DNA from: Candidatus Latescibacterota bacterium
Lineage (GTDB): Bacteria; Latescibacterota; UBA2968
Reading direction: 5' to 3'
Length of the DNA stretch: 64,000 bases
Assembly (NCBI GenBank): GCA_965204375.1
Contig: OZ241986.1
Coordinates: 896,001 to 960,000 of the forward strand
Shown here: piece after piece, positions 11,688 to 20,782 of the stretch
Layout: every line of letters begins with the position of its first letter
How positions within the stretch are numbered: position 1 is the first letter of the stretch
Translations under genes and position numbers: made by a program
The notes under the pieces: model-generated
Seen by the model: the letters and a program-made list of their open reading frames with translations, nothing else
What the model was told of the DNA's origin: nothing
Databases searched by the model: none

Positions 11688-12776
11688 TTACCTGGCCAGG
11701 CCTCGCTCGACCTTCTGCTCAAATTCGCGCATCTGATCCGCCCCATCTAACACGCCGATTTCCATGTTGAACTCACGCACTTCGCCCGGTTCAATGTACT
11801 GCAAGGTCCCGTGCTTGCGGTTCCAGGCGCGACCGAGTACCGAGCAGTTGCCCGGCTCAATACCGGTGACGTAGGTGCCTTTGTGAAAGTGCTGCCATTG
11901 GTTGACGATGGGGATCTCGCTGTGCTTGAACTGCCAATACAATCCCAGGCCGAGTTTTTCGTTGAGCAGGCCGATGTGGACGCGTCCCCGGCGGTCGGTG
12001 TGGGGCCGATGCACGTACACATCGTCGTGGGCGTGCGGTTGGGGCCCTTTGGCCACGGTGTAGTCCTCGGGGCCGACGGGGCGGTCCTCGGTCCACTCGG
12101 TGCTCTCGCGGCTGTGGAGAACGAGGCGCGTGCCTTCGTCGAGGAGGGGGAAGCCGGGGTTGCAGTGATACACAAACATGAGGGGCGAACGGTCAACGGC
12201 GAGGTTTTCGATGCGGTCGCGGATGTGGATGCTCCGCTCGCCGAGGACGGTCGAAATCTCGCGCGACAGTTCTAAATTCTCGGCAAAGACCTCGGCCTGG
12301 CGCATTTGACCGCGGATGCGCACGGCGTAATCCGATCCTTCCCAGCCCGCCTCAATGCCGACGTTCTTCGCCGGTATGTACGAGAGGCGACCGTGCAGTG
12401 GCATCTCGGTGTTTTCTTCTTCGGGATCGACTTCCGGGTGGCCGACAAAGTCGAGGCCGCAAGAGGTTACCAGCCCGCCGAACCAGCCGCGTCCCCATTT
12501 GAAGCCCTCTGGCTCGTAGAAGGCCGGCCCGACGTCTCCGGGTCCGGAACGAAAGCACAGCGACTGGCCCTTGTAGTGGGCTGAGGCAATGTCGAGGGCG
12601 CGGCCGGGCAAGACGGAAAACCCCAGGCCCGAAGCGTTGAATACGTCGATGAGGTCGGCACCGCGCTCGAATCCTTCGCTGTGCTCGGCGCGGCGGGCGT
12701 GCATGAGTTGGCTGATGTCGCCGACGCGGTTGAGGAGTTGGCGGCGAGTGAAGGTGCGGCCGAAGAGTCTGGGCAT
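11688..12776 (-). CDS. Aldose 1-epimerase-like protein (DUF4432)
   Basis: VLPGRALDI, GGLVTSCGL, PLHGR, YHCNPGFP and YVTGIEPGN motifs. Confidence 0.8.
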   Translation of the reverse strand: MPRLFGRTFTRRQLLNRVGDISQLMHARRAEHSEGFERGADLIDVFNASGLGFSVLPGRALDIASAHYKGQSLCFRSGPGDVGPAFYEPEGFKWGRGWFGGLVTSCGLDFVGHPEVDPEEENTEMPLHGRLSYIPAKNVGIEAGWEGSDYAVRIRGQMRQAEVFAENLELSREISTVLGERSIHIRDRIENLAVDRSPLMFVYHCNPGFPLLDEGTRLVLHSRESTEWTEDRPVGPEDYTVAKGPQPHAHDDVYVHRPHTDRRGRVHIGLLNEKLGLGLYWQFKHSEIPIVNQWQHFHKGTYVTGIEPGNCSVLGRAWNRKHGTLQYIEPGEVREFNMEIGVLDGADQMREFEQKVERGLAR

Positions 12777-12809
12777 GGGGAATCTCCTGTAACAAATGCT
12801 GATCGGTTG

Positions 12810-13631
12810 TTAATGATCAAGGATCTGAAATTCGACCTGAATCGGTTTGTGGTCGGATGGATAAACGCCGTCGATATTGTAGTCAACGACCTCATACGAG
12901 CGGACCTCAACGTCCCCTCTGAACAAAATCCAGTCGATGCCGTTGCCGCCTTCTATGCTGTCTGTCAGTACGCCAGGCTCTCCTTTATCCCCGACAAATG
13001 TTCTATAGACATCGCTCCCCGGTCTTGCGTTGAAATCTGCCAACAGAAATACAGGGCGGGGTCTGGTCCACTCACCAAACCGGTCGAGCGCACGGACCCG
13101 CTCGACAATTAGTCTTGCACTATTCAGCCTTGCCAGAGCCATTCCCTCGCCTGGGGCCAGATGCGTGTTGAAGACATACATCTCCTGAGTATTCTCCCAG
13201 TGCCCCCTGTAGTCCATTGGGTAGGGACTCGTTTCGTTAGCTGCCGGTCTGTTGATGATTGCGAGGCGGGCCCATGTGACCATACGAGGATTGCTATCAG
13301 GACCGCTACCGATGACTTCCGGCGTTTCCGATAGCTGAAAACTGCCCATTTCCCTGAGTCGAAATCTATCGCGCTTGAAGAAGATGGCCATATGCTCGTC
13401 ATCGTCTCCGCCTTTTCGACCTTCTCCGATGACCACGTATTCAGGCAAATGATCCATCAGATAGTCGATCTGTTCCTTTAAGCCTTCCTGGCTACCAATG
13501 ATGTCGGGACTGTGTTTGCGAATCAGTGCCACTTGCATATCGCGCCGCACTTCCCAGGGTGGCTCAAACTCGGGACTGGCATATTTCAGGTTGTAAGTCA
13601 TTAACTTGATTGTCTTTTCGATATTTGACAT
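12810..13631 (-). CDS. Endonuclease/exonuclease/phosphatase family protein
   Basis: MTYNL, DIIGSQEG, FNTHL, ADFNA, IDWI and PSDH motifs; start at MSNIEK with GGGAGG RBS. Confidence 0.8.
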   Translation of the reverse strand: MSNIEKTIKLMTYNLKYASPEFEPPWEVRRDMQVALIRKHSPDIIGSQEGLKEQIDYLMDHLPEYVVIGEGRKGGDDDEHMAIFFKRDRFRLREMGSFQLSETPEVIGSGPDSNPRMVTWARLAIINRPAANETSPYPMDYRGHWENTQEMYVFNTHLAPGEGMALARLNSARLIVERVRALDRFGEWTRPRPVFLLADFNARPGSDVYRTFVGDKGEPGVLTDSIEGGNGIDWILFRGDVEVRSYEVVDYNIDGVYPSDHKPIQVEFQILDH

Positions 13632-13639
13632 AGCGGCTT

Positions 13640-15748
13640 TTACCTCCCTTTGATCAGCACGGTGTCCATTGCCGGGACATCGATTGATCTGCCCGTCAGT
13701 TCCACGGACCTGGATACGGGTGTGAAGTTCGCAACGGCGATCACATCGCTGGTTCGGGACCGAAAGCGATAGGCTCTGACTCCGTCCTGGGCTGTTTGCA
13801 GTCTCTCCACGCCATGGCCTGTGCGGCGCGTTCCGGCACGACCCTGGCGTATGACACACGCGTAGTCACGGACGGTGCCACCGTTCACTCCGGGACGCAG
13901 GAATACGCGGTCCTGGAGTAGATTCCTCCACCGCTCAGGCGTATTTCTCTCCGAGGCATCTTCATACAGAAGTTGCTCGCCGGATGTCTCGATCCCCAGA
14001 CATCCCGCGATCTTGATCCAGGTTGATTCCGTTTCGATCACCCGTGCTCGTCCGCCGACGCCTCGTATGGTGCGCCGACTTCCTTCGAAGGAGACCGAGA
14101 CCCGGTTACCGTTCACAAAGTCGTTCATGATATAGACGCCAAATCCCTCGTTCAGGGAGAGCGCGACATCCGCGACGGTCCAGTCTATCACGAGCGAAGT
14201 TTCCCCGTCTTCGAGCGCGGCGACGGCGATAGATTGTCGAATTCGCCCGTCTGCGTATTCGATCATGCCCGTGGTCGTGAAGCCTTTCTCCGATGTGTGA
14301 TCGGTGTGGAAGAGCGGCGTGGGCTTCAGGCGCTCGCCGTTGATTTCGAAACGTCCAATGAAGGCGTCCTCGTCCGATCCCAGCGTGTCTTCTCCGCCGG
14401 CTGGCACGACCATTCCCATTACGCTGTGTGATAGGGATCGCCAGGCGAATGAGAACAGGCCCTGCTTGCTGCGGCGAACCTGTAGCCATACATAGGGATA
14501 GGCATCGGTTCCGATCTGCTCGCGTCTGAATTCCTCAACGGATATCGGCGAGATATCGGGTACGCCGGCAATCACGAGGGCGGCAAGGTGCCCCATGATG
14601 CCCGTTTCGAACTGGAAGTAGCGACCGCCAGCCGCGTGTGGCATTCGGGCGTTGAATCGGCCGTCTCCTGCGTCCCGCATTGACTCGTCCAGATATACGA
14701 GGTTCTGCCACAACATATGGCCTGCAAATCGGTCGCCGAATTCCTCGAACATGACGGCGTGTTGGTAGCTGATGTCGGGTTCGTGGTAGGTCCAGTCCTG
14801 TCCGGATGGGTAGGCCGTAAATCCGTTGTAGAGGAAGAAACGCCTGAGCACTTTCCAGGCATCGTGGACGCGGTGCAGGTAGTGGGGGGGAGGTGTCTTG
14901 CCCGTCAGTGTGAAGGCGAGGCGCCCCGTCATCAGGAGGACACCACAGCCGAGGTACCCCGGGTGGAAGGAGCCGTGGTTCTCCACGGTGAGGTCGGGGT
15001 GGGACGTTTGCGTGCAGATCCAGTCTTTCAGCGGGCGACCGTCGAAGAGCCGCGTATCGACCCGATCGAGGTCTGTGGTGAAGGTGTTGATGGCAAATAG
15101 CTTGCCTCGATACAGCCATTCGTCCGCGTGAGGGTGGTCGGGGAGGAGACAATGCGCCCAGGCGAGAAGATAGCTGTCCCACGCATTTTCCTCCTCCTTT
15201 GTGTCGTGCCAGCGGCCATCCGGGGGATCGACCCCGAGGAATCGGTCCGCTTCGAAGGCGAGTACGCGATGCACGGCTTCGAGTACGTCCGGTGCCAGTT
15301 CGTTCGCAACGTGGTTGGCTGCCATTGCGATGTCCGCGATCCAGAGGGACGATTCCCAATCGTCGCCCCATTGGCCATTCCATTCGAATGGCTCCGTTCT
15401 TCGCGGTCCGCTCAGGTGGTGTGCGCAGATCCAGCGGAGACACCGGTTTAATCGGTCGAGCAGGACGGGTTTTTCCATTCCGGCGAGTGTCGGATCGAAG
15501 AATGCACTTTGATGGAGGGCCGCGTAGCCTCGAAGTTCATCGCCCAGAGATCGGATGATCATTTCGTTGATCGGTCCGCCCGGGGGTTGAAACTCGTTCA
15601 CATCGAGGGTTCCGAAGTAGCCATGCGCGTCATCATCATCGACCCAGTACTGCTCGATGTAGGGAATGTGCCTGCACATCAGGTGAACGAGGTCGGCCTC
15701 GGATGGAAAAGTCGGTGCGTTCGTGTCGAGTGGGGGGTAGTCGATCAT
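13640..15748 (-). CDS. Hypothetical protein with helical N-part and beta-rich C-part (polysaccharide lyase-like architecture)
   Basis: Long ORF; DTKEEENAW, ENHGSFHPGY and YPSGQDW motifs; start overlaps the upstream stop (ATGA). Confidence 0.55.
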   Translation of the reverse strand: MIDYPPLDTNAPTFPSEADLVHLMCRHIPYIEQYWVDDDDAHGYFGTLDVNEFQPPGGPINEMIIRSLGDELRGYAALHQSAFFDPTLAGMEKPVLLDRLNRCLRWICAHHLSGPRRTEPFEWNGQWGDDWESSLWIADIAMAANHVANELAPDVLEAVHRVLAFEADRFLGVDPPDGRWHDTKEEENAWDSYLLAWAHCLLPDHPHADEWLYRGKLFAINTFTTDLDRVDTRLFDGRPLKDWICTQTSHPDLTVENHGSFHPGYLGCGVLLMTGRLAFTLTGKTPPPHYLHRVHDAWKVLRRFFLYNGFTAYPSGQDWTYHEPDISYQHAVMFEEFGDRFAGHMLWQNLVYLDESMRDAGDGRFNARMPHAAGGRYFQFETGIMGHLAALVIAGVPDISPISVEEFRREQIGTDAYPYVWLQVRRSKQGLFSFAWRSLSHSVMGMVVPAGGEDTLGSDEDAFIGRFEINGERLKPTPLFHTDHTSEKGFTTTGMIEYADGRIRQSIAVAALEDGETSLVIDWTVADVALSLNEGFGVYIMNDFVNGNRVSVSFEGSRRTIRGVGGRARVIETESTWIKIAGCLGIETSGEQLLYEDASERNTPERWRNLLQDRVFLRPGVNGGTVRDYACVIRQGRAGTRRTGHGVERLQTAQDGVRAYRFRSRTSDVIAVANFTPVSRSVELTGRSIDVPAMDTVLIKGR

Positions 15749-15984
15749 GCGGACGCTCCCGGCTCTACAGTTTCGTGTGGTTCGTCGCATCGGAAAACGA
15801 CGAGTTTGCCGCCGTCGATGCGGTTTTTCACGTCTCGCACGAATTCACGGGCGAGATTGGTATCGTAGAGTACCAGAGCGCCCGGTGACTGTGTGTGTGT
15901 GCGGAGTCGCTCTGATTTTTCGCTCCAGGTCGATTGAAGCGCGTCGGATGCATCTCCTTCTGCGATAAGTATGACGTATGCCAT
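15745..15984 (-). CDS. Small hypothetical protein (79 aa)
   Basis: GGGAGGG RBS before MAYVILIAEG; stop coupled to the next ATG. Confidence 0.45.
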   Translation of the reverse strand: MAYVILIAEGDASDALQSTWSEKSERLRTHTQSPGALVLYDTNLAREFVRDVKNRIDGGKLVVFRCDEPHETVEPGASA

Positions 15985-15999
15985 GAGGTCCCTCCCTTT

Positions 16000-16286
16000 T
16001 GTCGGCATGCTTCGAGTTGCGCAGGCTGATCGATGATCTCCTCGGCGATCGGATCGGGAAACCGATTCTCGGCTGTCGGTGTTCCCTCTTGCCATCGGCG
16101 TTCCGTTCTGACGAAGATATCGCTGCCCTGGTACCGGACCTCGTGGGGAACTGTCACGCGTTCGAAGATGCGGTCGGACCATGTCTTGAGCCTGTCCAGC
16201 AGATCCTTATCCATGACACCAGGTACGATGGTGTAGCTCGACTCGACCAACTCCCGCCGCTTTGTCAGCGACTGCTCTCTCGTCAT
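16000..16286 (-). pseudogene. 5' fragment of a PhyH-like dioxygenase
   Basis: RRELVESSYTIVPGVMDKDLLDRL resembles a PhyH N-terminus; the frame runs into the next gene's RBS before any HxD motif. Confidence 0.55.
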
Positions 16287-16466
16287 GTCTCAATCCTTTC
16301 GGTTATCAGGGATATTATACCTAATTATGCGAGCTTTTGTTCAAAAAATACGTCGGTTGCATGATGAATCAAAAACATGGCAGCAGGCTCGTTAAAAGTC
16401 AGTTGGTAGTCAACGCCATCGAGCGTATCTTCAATGAGCCGTCTTCGGCCATTGAGGAGGTCAACT

Positions 16467-18320
16467 ATGGTAGCGGATACAGAACTCCGCAAACAGCACC
16501 AGCGTGGTGCGATCCTTCGAGATCGTATGCGGAAGGCATTTGATATGGCGTACGACACGGACGCTGCGCTGATCGTCCGCAGGAACCCGTTCTTTCCCCG
16601 TTTCAACGGCCACACCGTCGCCCAGCAATCCCTGGACTACGCCATCCTCCTGCTTCTGTCCGATGACCGCACCTACGGGACGGACGATGCCGGTGAGGCC
16701 AACCGAATCATTCGCCGAATCCTAAATCACCAGGACCTGCGACCGAAGTCCGAGACCTTCGGCAATTTCTTCTGGATGACCCACTGGGACCGGGTCAAAG
16801 ACAAGAACGCCGTCTCCTTCCTCACGATCGGCCTGGTCTTCACGTACGTCAACTTCCAGGACAAGTTGGAGGATGACACGAAGGCTGCGCTCGAACGCGC
16901 CTTTCCAAACGTGTTGCTCGGCATCCGTGACCACAAAGTCCGATGGCAGTACACCAACATCTACTTTCTCAACCTCGGCGGCCTGGCCGGTCTTGCCCGT
17001 GTGCTGGACGATCCATCGATCCACGCCGAAGCGGTGGCCGACTTCAACACCTGGGTCGAAGGCACTTCGGAAGACGGCTTCCACGAATTCAACAGCCCGA
17101 CGTACACACCCGTCACGCTCTCAGGTATGGAAGCGGCGTGGGCGTACACGTCAGATGACGAGTTCAAAGACAGACTGCGGCGCACCATGGATTTAATCAC
17201 CTATCAGATGGCGCTCAATCTGATGCCCGGTGGATTTCTGGCGGGTGCTGCCGCAAGGGCTTACCAGGGAGATGTGCTGAATGGTTCAATCGGGGCTGCT
17301 TCGTATGCCCACATTAAATTCGGCACCCCTGCTCCGGCCGAGCCTGCGGTCCTGATGCCGAGCCTGTTCGACTACGTATCGCCGGAATCTGTTCGGTCTC
17401 TGGCGAACGAGATGGCGGATGGAGCCGAAATACTCGATCGGGGAATCTCGCTGGGTAGTCGACGAACCCACGTCATTACGCGGGCTTACGGGCTGGCATC
17501 TCAGAGTTTACAATCTGTGGGCGGCCACTCGCCTCCATCGTATATCCTGCTGGTCCGGAACAGCAAGGCCCCGAGACCCAGTGTCCCGTTCCTTCCGGAC
17601 GAATCCTTTACGCATCAGCCGTGTGCCACATTCCTGTCGCGTCAGAACGGCAGTCAGGTGATCGGCAGACTGTACTACGATCTGCAGGAGGAGCAACGAA
17701 GCAAGTTTCTGGACGATCCTACGTTCATTTGTGAACCTCGCGTCCTGTTCGGGCTGAGGGACCAGATCGAGTCCGTTCGCATCGGCAATGTGGATTGGGG
17801 CGGAAAACCCGTGAGCCTTTTGCCAGGGCAATCCGTGGCTGTTTCCTATGGAGACATCTACCTGGGTGTTGTCGTCCTGCTGATAGACTGCGACGGTCAA
17901 GCGATTCGTAGCCGTGCGATGCTGGCCTATGGCGAAGATGGTGAACTGCGCCTGCGAGTCAGACTCCATGGGGGAGAGGATGTGCAGCAGGAAGATAACC
18001 CACTCGTCGCTCTGCTCTACGTCGATGTTCAGGTTCCCGAGGAGAGACATCCGTTCGAGACATTTGCCAACCAGTTGTTGGGCTGGCAGCTTTCCGACCA
18101 GAGCGACGGAGAGACGGTCTCCTTCTTGGCCGAGCACGAAGATGGCGCAACCATCGCCTATCCCTACACAGAGGCGGATCCGGATCCGATGGGCGATGTT
18201 CTGCACCTATCGCCCGGGCTTGCGCTCCAGCCGGGAGACTTTGTCAAGCTGGTGAACGGGGAGAAGCCTTTGCTCTTCGACTCTGCACAGCAAAACCGGC
18301 TTCTTCGAGAAGGTGTATGA
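16467..18320 (+). CDS. Hypothetical protein (helical toroid-like N-terminus)
   Basis: GAGGAGG RBS before MVADTEL; GFHEFNSPTY motif; 3' end overlaps the convergent gene by 77 nt. Confidence 0.6.
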   Translation: MVADTELRKQHQRGAILRDRMRKAFDMAYDTDAALIVRRNPFFPRFNGHTVAQQSLDYAILLLLSDDRTYGTDDAGEANRIIRRILNHQDLRPKSETFGNFFWMTHWDRVKDKNAVSFLTIGLVFTYVNFQDKLEDDTKAALERAFPNVLLGIRDHKVRWQYTNIYFLNLGGLAGLARVLDDPSIHAEAVADFNTWVEGTSEDGFHEFNSPTYTPVTLSGMEAAWAYTSDDEFKDRLRRTMDLITYQMALNLMPGGFLAGAAARAYQGDVLNGSIGAASYAHIKFGTPAPAEPAVLMPSLFDYVSPESVRSLANEMADGAEILDRGISLGSRRTHVITRAYGLASQSLQSVGGHSPPSYILLVRNSKAPRPSVPFLPDESFTHQPCATFLSRQNGSQVIGRLYYDLQEEQRSKFLDDPTFICEPRVLFGLRDQIESVRIGNVDWGGKPVSLLPGQSVAVSYGDIYLGVVVLLIDCDGQAIRSRAMLAYGEDGELRLRVRLHGGEDVQQEDNPLVALLYVDVQVPEERHPFETFANQLLGWQLSDQSDGETVSFLAEHEDGATIAYPYTEADPDPMGDVLHLSPGLALQPGDFVKLVNGEKPLLFDSAQQNRLLREGV

Positions 18321-19131
18321 TTCGGTTAGTAGCTTTAATGTAGTTCTCTCGGCCGGAGACGTGGAATTTCTGAGAATGAAGCAAGTGTGGCTCTACGGTG
18401 ATACAGCCCGAGTAGTTCATTTGACAGAGGCGTTTGAAGATTTCAGGATATCCGCATTTTCCGTCGCCGGCAATGCAGTAGGTGCTGGTGTCGCCAGGTT
18501 CTCGAATGTCTTTGACGTGGACATTGGTGATGTAATCTTTCAGGTTTTCAAAAATGTCGATTCCAACTTCGCCGTGTGCACCAAAGTTGCCGGGGTCAAA
18601 GTTGAGTCGGAAATTCGGAGAATTAACAGCTTGAAGTGCTTTTAAACATTCGGAGGCGGTGCAGACAGCTGACGTTTTGTTGGGTGGATTTTCGAGTATA
18701 AGGGTTTTATTTCCCGCGGCAGCTATTTCGGTCATTGCGGTGTACATTTCAATGGCGATTGCAAACCAGTCGGTTCCTGCGTCGCCTTTTTTATAACCCA
18801 TCGTACGCAGTTGGGTTGTGCCAACGTAGTCGGCACGTTGAACGGCGCGGGTGATGTGCGATATGTCCTGTGCGCGATTGGCTTCGTCGGGTACTGTGCG
18901 GCCCACCTGACCGAGATAAGTGGTGACGGTAAAATCCCGTTCTTTGACACGGTCTGCGACACGGATGAACGTGTCGTCATTCATCTGATCGACCATTTCA
19001 CCATAGGCCGCACGCAGTTCAATAAATTTGATGCCAAGTTCATCAAGCACATCCAAACCTTCATCCAGATCCCACGATGGACTGGGTTCGTCGTTAACAC
19101 CGGCAATGCAGACGGTTGGCGTTGTATTCAT
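18244..19131 (-). CDS. Sugar phosphate isomerase/epimerase (xylose isomerase-like TIM barrel)
   Basis: LILEN, LNFDPGNF, NVHVKD and ITVEPH metal-binding motifs. Confidence 0.8.
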   Translation of the reverse strand: MNTTPTVCIAGVNDEPSPSWDLDEGLDVLDELGIKFIELRAAYGEMVDQMNDDTFIRVADRVKERDFTVTTYLGQVGRTVPDEANRAQDISHITRAVQRADYVGTTQLRTMGYKKGDAGTDWFAIAIEMYTAMTEIAAAGNKTLILENPPNKTSAVCTASECLKALQAVNSPNFRLNFDPGNFGAHGEVGIDIFENLKDYITNVHVKDIREPGDTSTYCIAGDGKCGYPEIFKRLCQMNYSGCITVEPHLLHSQKFHVSGRENYIKATNRIIHLLEEAGFAVQSRRAKASPRSPA

Positions 19132-19146
19132 AAAAACCTTCTTGGA

Positions 19147-19182
19147 TTAATTTTTGAGGTCAGCAGCGTCTTCAGCAATCCA
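19147..19182 (-). pseudogene. Orphan 3' tail of a homolog of the PhyH gene 27247..28089
   Basis: Translates WIAEDAADLKN-stop versus WIAEDAAALKE-stop of 27247..28089; begins immediately after the sulfatase TAG. Confidence 0.75.
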
Positions 19183-20754
19183 CTAATGCGCTCCGATTAC
19201 CACCAGGTCACGCGGTGGTAGTGGGAAATCCTGGAGCATGACGCGGTGCATCATTTCCTTCATCAGTTGGTAGCGCGTTTCCCGATAGGCCGGATCATGT
19301 ACGACGTTGATGAATTCGCCGGAGTCTTTGGTGAGATCGAAAAGTTCCTCTCCATCATCGCGCCCCGGTGTGACCGAGTAGCGGAACTCGCGGTTTCGCA
19401 GCGTTTGTTTCCAGGGGTATTTCATGGCCCCCTCTCGGAAGGGCGACTCGCACAGGCCGCCGAACGACTCGGAGAATACCGATTGCCGCCAGCCCGAAAC
19501 TTGCTCTCCCTTGCACAGAGGCATCAGTGAACGACCGGCACATAGCGGATGGTCATCGGCGACCCCACGCCTCGACAGGGGCCTCGGGTGCTGTTTTAGA
19601 AGTGTTTCGTGCATATCCAAAATGGTCGGACAGATGTCCTCGTGCTGCACGAAGAGATCGCAAGTGCTGCCCTGCTTCAGGCCTGGTCCGGCTACAATCA
19701 GCGGGATGCGGATGACGGCGTCGTAGTGTCTGGCGGATTTTCCGCCCAGATTGTGGTCCATGAGCATTTCGCCGTGGTCAGATACAAAGATGAAGTAGCT
19801 GTTCTCCATCCTGCCGACCTGTTCCAATCGCTCCAGAATGCGGCCGATCTGTTCGTCGAGGTGGATGAAGTCGGCAAAGTAGAGCTTGCGGTAGTAGCGC
19901 CAGTTGGGGATCCTGTCAGGCCCATTCCAGTGGTCCGTGCCGTAACCGACAGGGTCGGGGATGAGTTCCTCGTTCACTCTGTCTAAGAATCGCGCAGGTG
20001 GATGAAATGGGGGATGGGGCTGCACATAGCTAATGTGGGTGTATAGCGGTTGATCCACGGGCGTTTCATCAATGAAATTCAGGGCATGTTCCGTGATCCA
20101 GTTGGTCTGGGAAATCTCTTCAGGGAATGGTAGGGGGTAGTAGCCTTCGGTTCGGGTTTTGTTCCCTCCATCATCACCTTTAGCCCATGCCATCTCCTTC
20201 TTTGCCCGGCGCATTCTCTCGGTCAGGTTGGCCTTCTGCTCGCCATACGAATCGTAATATGGCAACTGAGAATTCCAGTTTGCCGGGGTTGCCATGATTG
20301 CATCATAGTGTTCGGGATGCTCTTTTTCGATCCAGTCGTGCCACTCACCGGTCCGGTTGTCTTCGGTGTTGTGGACAACGTCCCAGCCATATTCCCGGTA
20401 GTCTGGATAGGGATAGTATTCCGAGTCAAACGGATAGAAGTGGATCTTGCCAAACGCGCCGGTTCGCCATCCGGCCATCTGCAGCGTCTTCATGAAGGTG
20501 GGGATGTCGGGATTGAGCCGGTAGCCATTGGAGAGCAGGCCGTGGCCGCGGCTGGTCAGCCCCGTGGCAATGCCCGCCCGGGCGGGACAGCAGACCGGGT
20601 TGTTGGAAAACGCATTGGTAAAGGTCATGCCCATGCCCTGGAGGCGTCTCAGGTTCGGCAGGTCGCAGATGCCGTTCATGGCCGCTTCCAGCCACTTCGC
20701 CCCCATCTGATCGACCATGAAGAAGATGACGTTGGGTTTGTTCGTTGCGTTCAT
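19183..20754 (-). CDS. Sulfatase (Cys-type)
   Basis: PNVIFFMVDQ, CCPAR, FGKIH and SDHGE motifs; no signal peptide. Confidence 0.92.
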   Translation of the reverse strand: MNATNKPNVIFFMVDQMGAKWLEAAMNGICDLPNLRRLQGMGMTFTNAFSNNPVCCPARAGIATGLTSRGHGLLSNGYRLNPDIPTFMKTLQMAGWRTGAFGKIHFYPFDSEYYPYPDYREYGWDVVHNTEDNRTGEWHDWIEKEHPEHYDAIMATPANWNSQLPYYDSYGEQKANLTERMRRAKKEMAWAKGDDGGNKTRTEGYYPLPFPEEISQTNWITEHALNFIDETPVDQPLYTHISYVQPHPPFHPPARFLDRVNEELIPDPVGYGTDHWNGPDRIPNWRYYRKLYFADFIHLDEQIGRILERLEQVGRMENSYFIFVSDHGEMLMDHNLGGKSARHYDAVIRIPLIVAGPGLKQGSTCDLFVQHEDICPTILDMHETLLKQHPRPLSRRGVADDHPLCAGRSLMPLCKGEQVSGWRQSVFSESFGGLCESPFREGAMKYPWKQTLRNREFRYSVTPGRDDGEELFDLTKDSGEFINVVHDPAYRETRYQLMKEMMHRVMLQDFPLPPRDLVVIGAH

Positions 20755-20782
20755 AAATAAGGCTTTCTTTTGCAAATGATTT

